The notes under the pieces: generated by a model
What the model was told of the DNA's origin: nothing
Database searches by the model: none
The model's input: the letters and a program-made list of their open reading frames with translations, nothing else
Part shown: positions 31,704 through 32,000 of the stretch, piece by piece
Layout of the letters: each line of letters starts with the position of its first letter
How positions within the stretch are numbered: the first letter of the stretch is position 1
Made by a program: the position numbers and the translations under genes
NCBI RefSeq assembly: GCF_000025505.1
Contig: NC_013849.1
Location: 660,001-692,000, forward strand
Length of the DNA stretch: 32,000 bases
Direction: 5' to 3'
DNA from: Ferroglobus placidus DSM 10642
GTDB lineage: Archaea; Halobacteriota; Archaeoglobi; Archaeoglobales; Archaeoglobaceae

Positions 31704-32000
31704 GTGAAATGCGATATCTGCGGAAAGGAAGAGGTTCTCCCGTATAGATGCAGCTACTGCGGAGGAACGTTCTGCTCAGATCACAGGCTTCCGGAAAAAC
31801 ACTTCTGCGAAGGGATTTACGACATTCCGGTGAAGGTTAAAAAGGACTGGGAGATTGGTAGGAAAGAAGAGAAGGAAGTTTTAATTCAAAAGCCGAAAAT
31901 TTCGCTTTCCCAGTACGGATACAACAACATCTTTCTCGGGATAATCACTTTAATGTTCTTTCTCTCCCTCGTATTTCCACAGATAATGAATTTTCTCGCT
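31704..32000 (+). CDS. AN1-type zinc-finger membrane protein, N-terminal 99 codons (possibly a rhomboid-family protease; runs off the right edge)
   Basis: A GTG start gives VKCDICGKEEVLPYRCSYCGGTFCSDHRLPEKHFC. This fits C-x2-C-x9-C-x2-C-x4-C-x2-H-x5-H-x-C exactly. A TM helix follows (IFLGIITLMFFLSLVF). The rhomboid assignment is inferred only from the known AN1-rhomboid architecture. Confidence 0.7.
   Translation, partial: MKCDICGKEEVLPYRCSYCGGTFCSDHRLPEKHFCEGIYDIPVKVKKDWEIGRKEEKEVLIQKPKISLSQYGYNNIFLGIITLMFFLSLVFPQIMNFLA

Overview
The window looks like a euryarchaeal chromosome segment, probably Archaeoglobales. The evidence is a split rpoB (B''/B'), leader-tag-type CRISPR repeats, and a macro-domain protein and a Rio1 kinase that, from memory, closely resemble A. 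fulgidus AF1521 and AF1804. From left to right it contains the following. (1) Positions 1-10534, minus strand: the conserved transcription/translation superoperon tRNA-Lys, rpoH, rpoB2, rpoB1, rpoA1, rpoA2, L30e, NusA, S12, S7 and a partial aEF-2. (2) A divergent tRNA-Glu followed by a short, decayed-looking stretch. (3) A translationally coupled nfeD, small helical protein, gdhA trio. (4) A MATE exporter and a macro-domain protein. (5) A 27-repeat CRISPR array (16127-17804) with an unusually short 23-nt repeat, 38-45-nt spacers and no cas genes in the window. (6) A tightly packed seven-gene minus-strand string: disulfide reductase, ExoIII, TyrRS, aIF-1A, Rio1, KH/Dim2-like protein and MtaD-like deaminase. 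(7) A degraded vapBC remnant. (8) A 27-codon micro-ORF plus an SSS symporter, with a palindromic operator-like site upstream. (9) The most unusual part, 26337-31679: a divergently arranged five-gene cluster. It holds three different P-loop NTPase classes (KaiC/RecA-like, GTPBP1-type GTPase, FlaI/VirB11-type secretion ATPase), an HTH protein and an HhH-like protein. It has no pilin, archaellin or FlaJ/PilC platform gene. (10) A partial AN1-zinc-finger membrane protein at the right edge. All calls come from reading the translated ORFs and the DNA by eye. No database search was possible.
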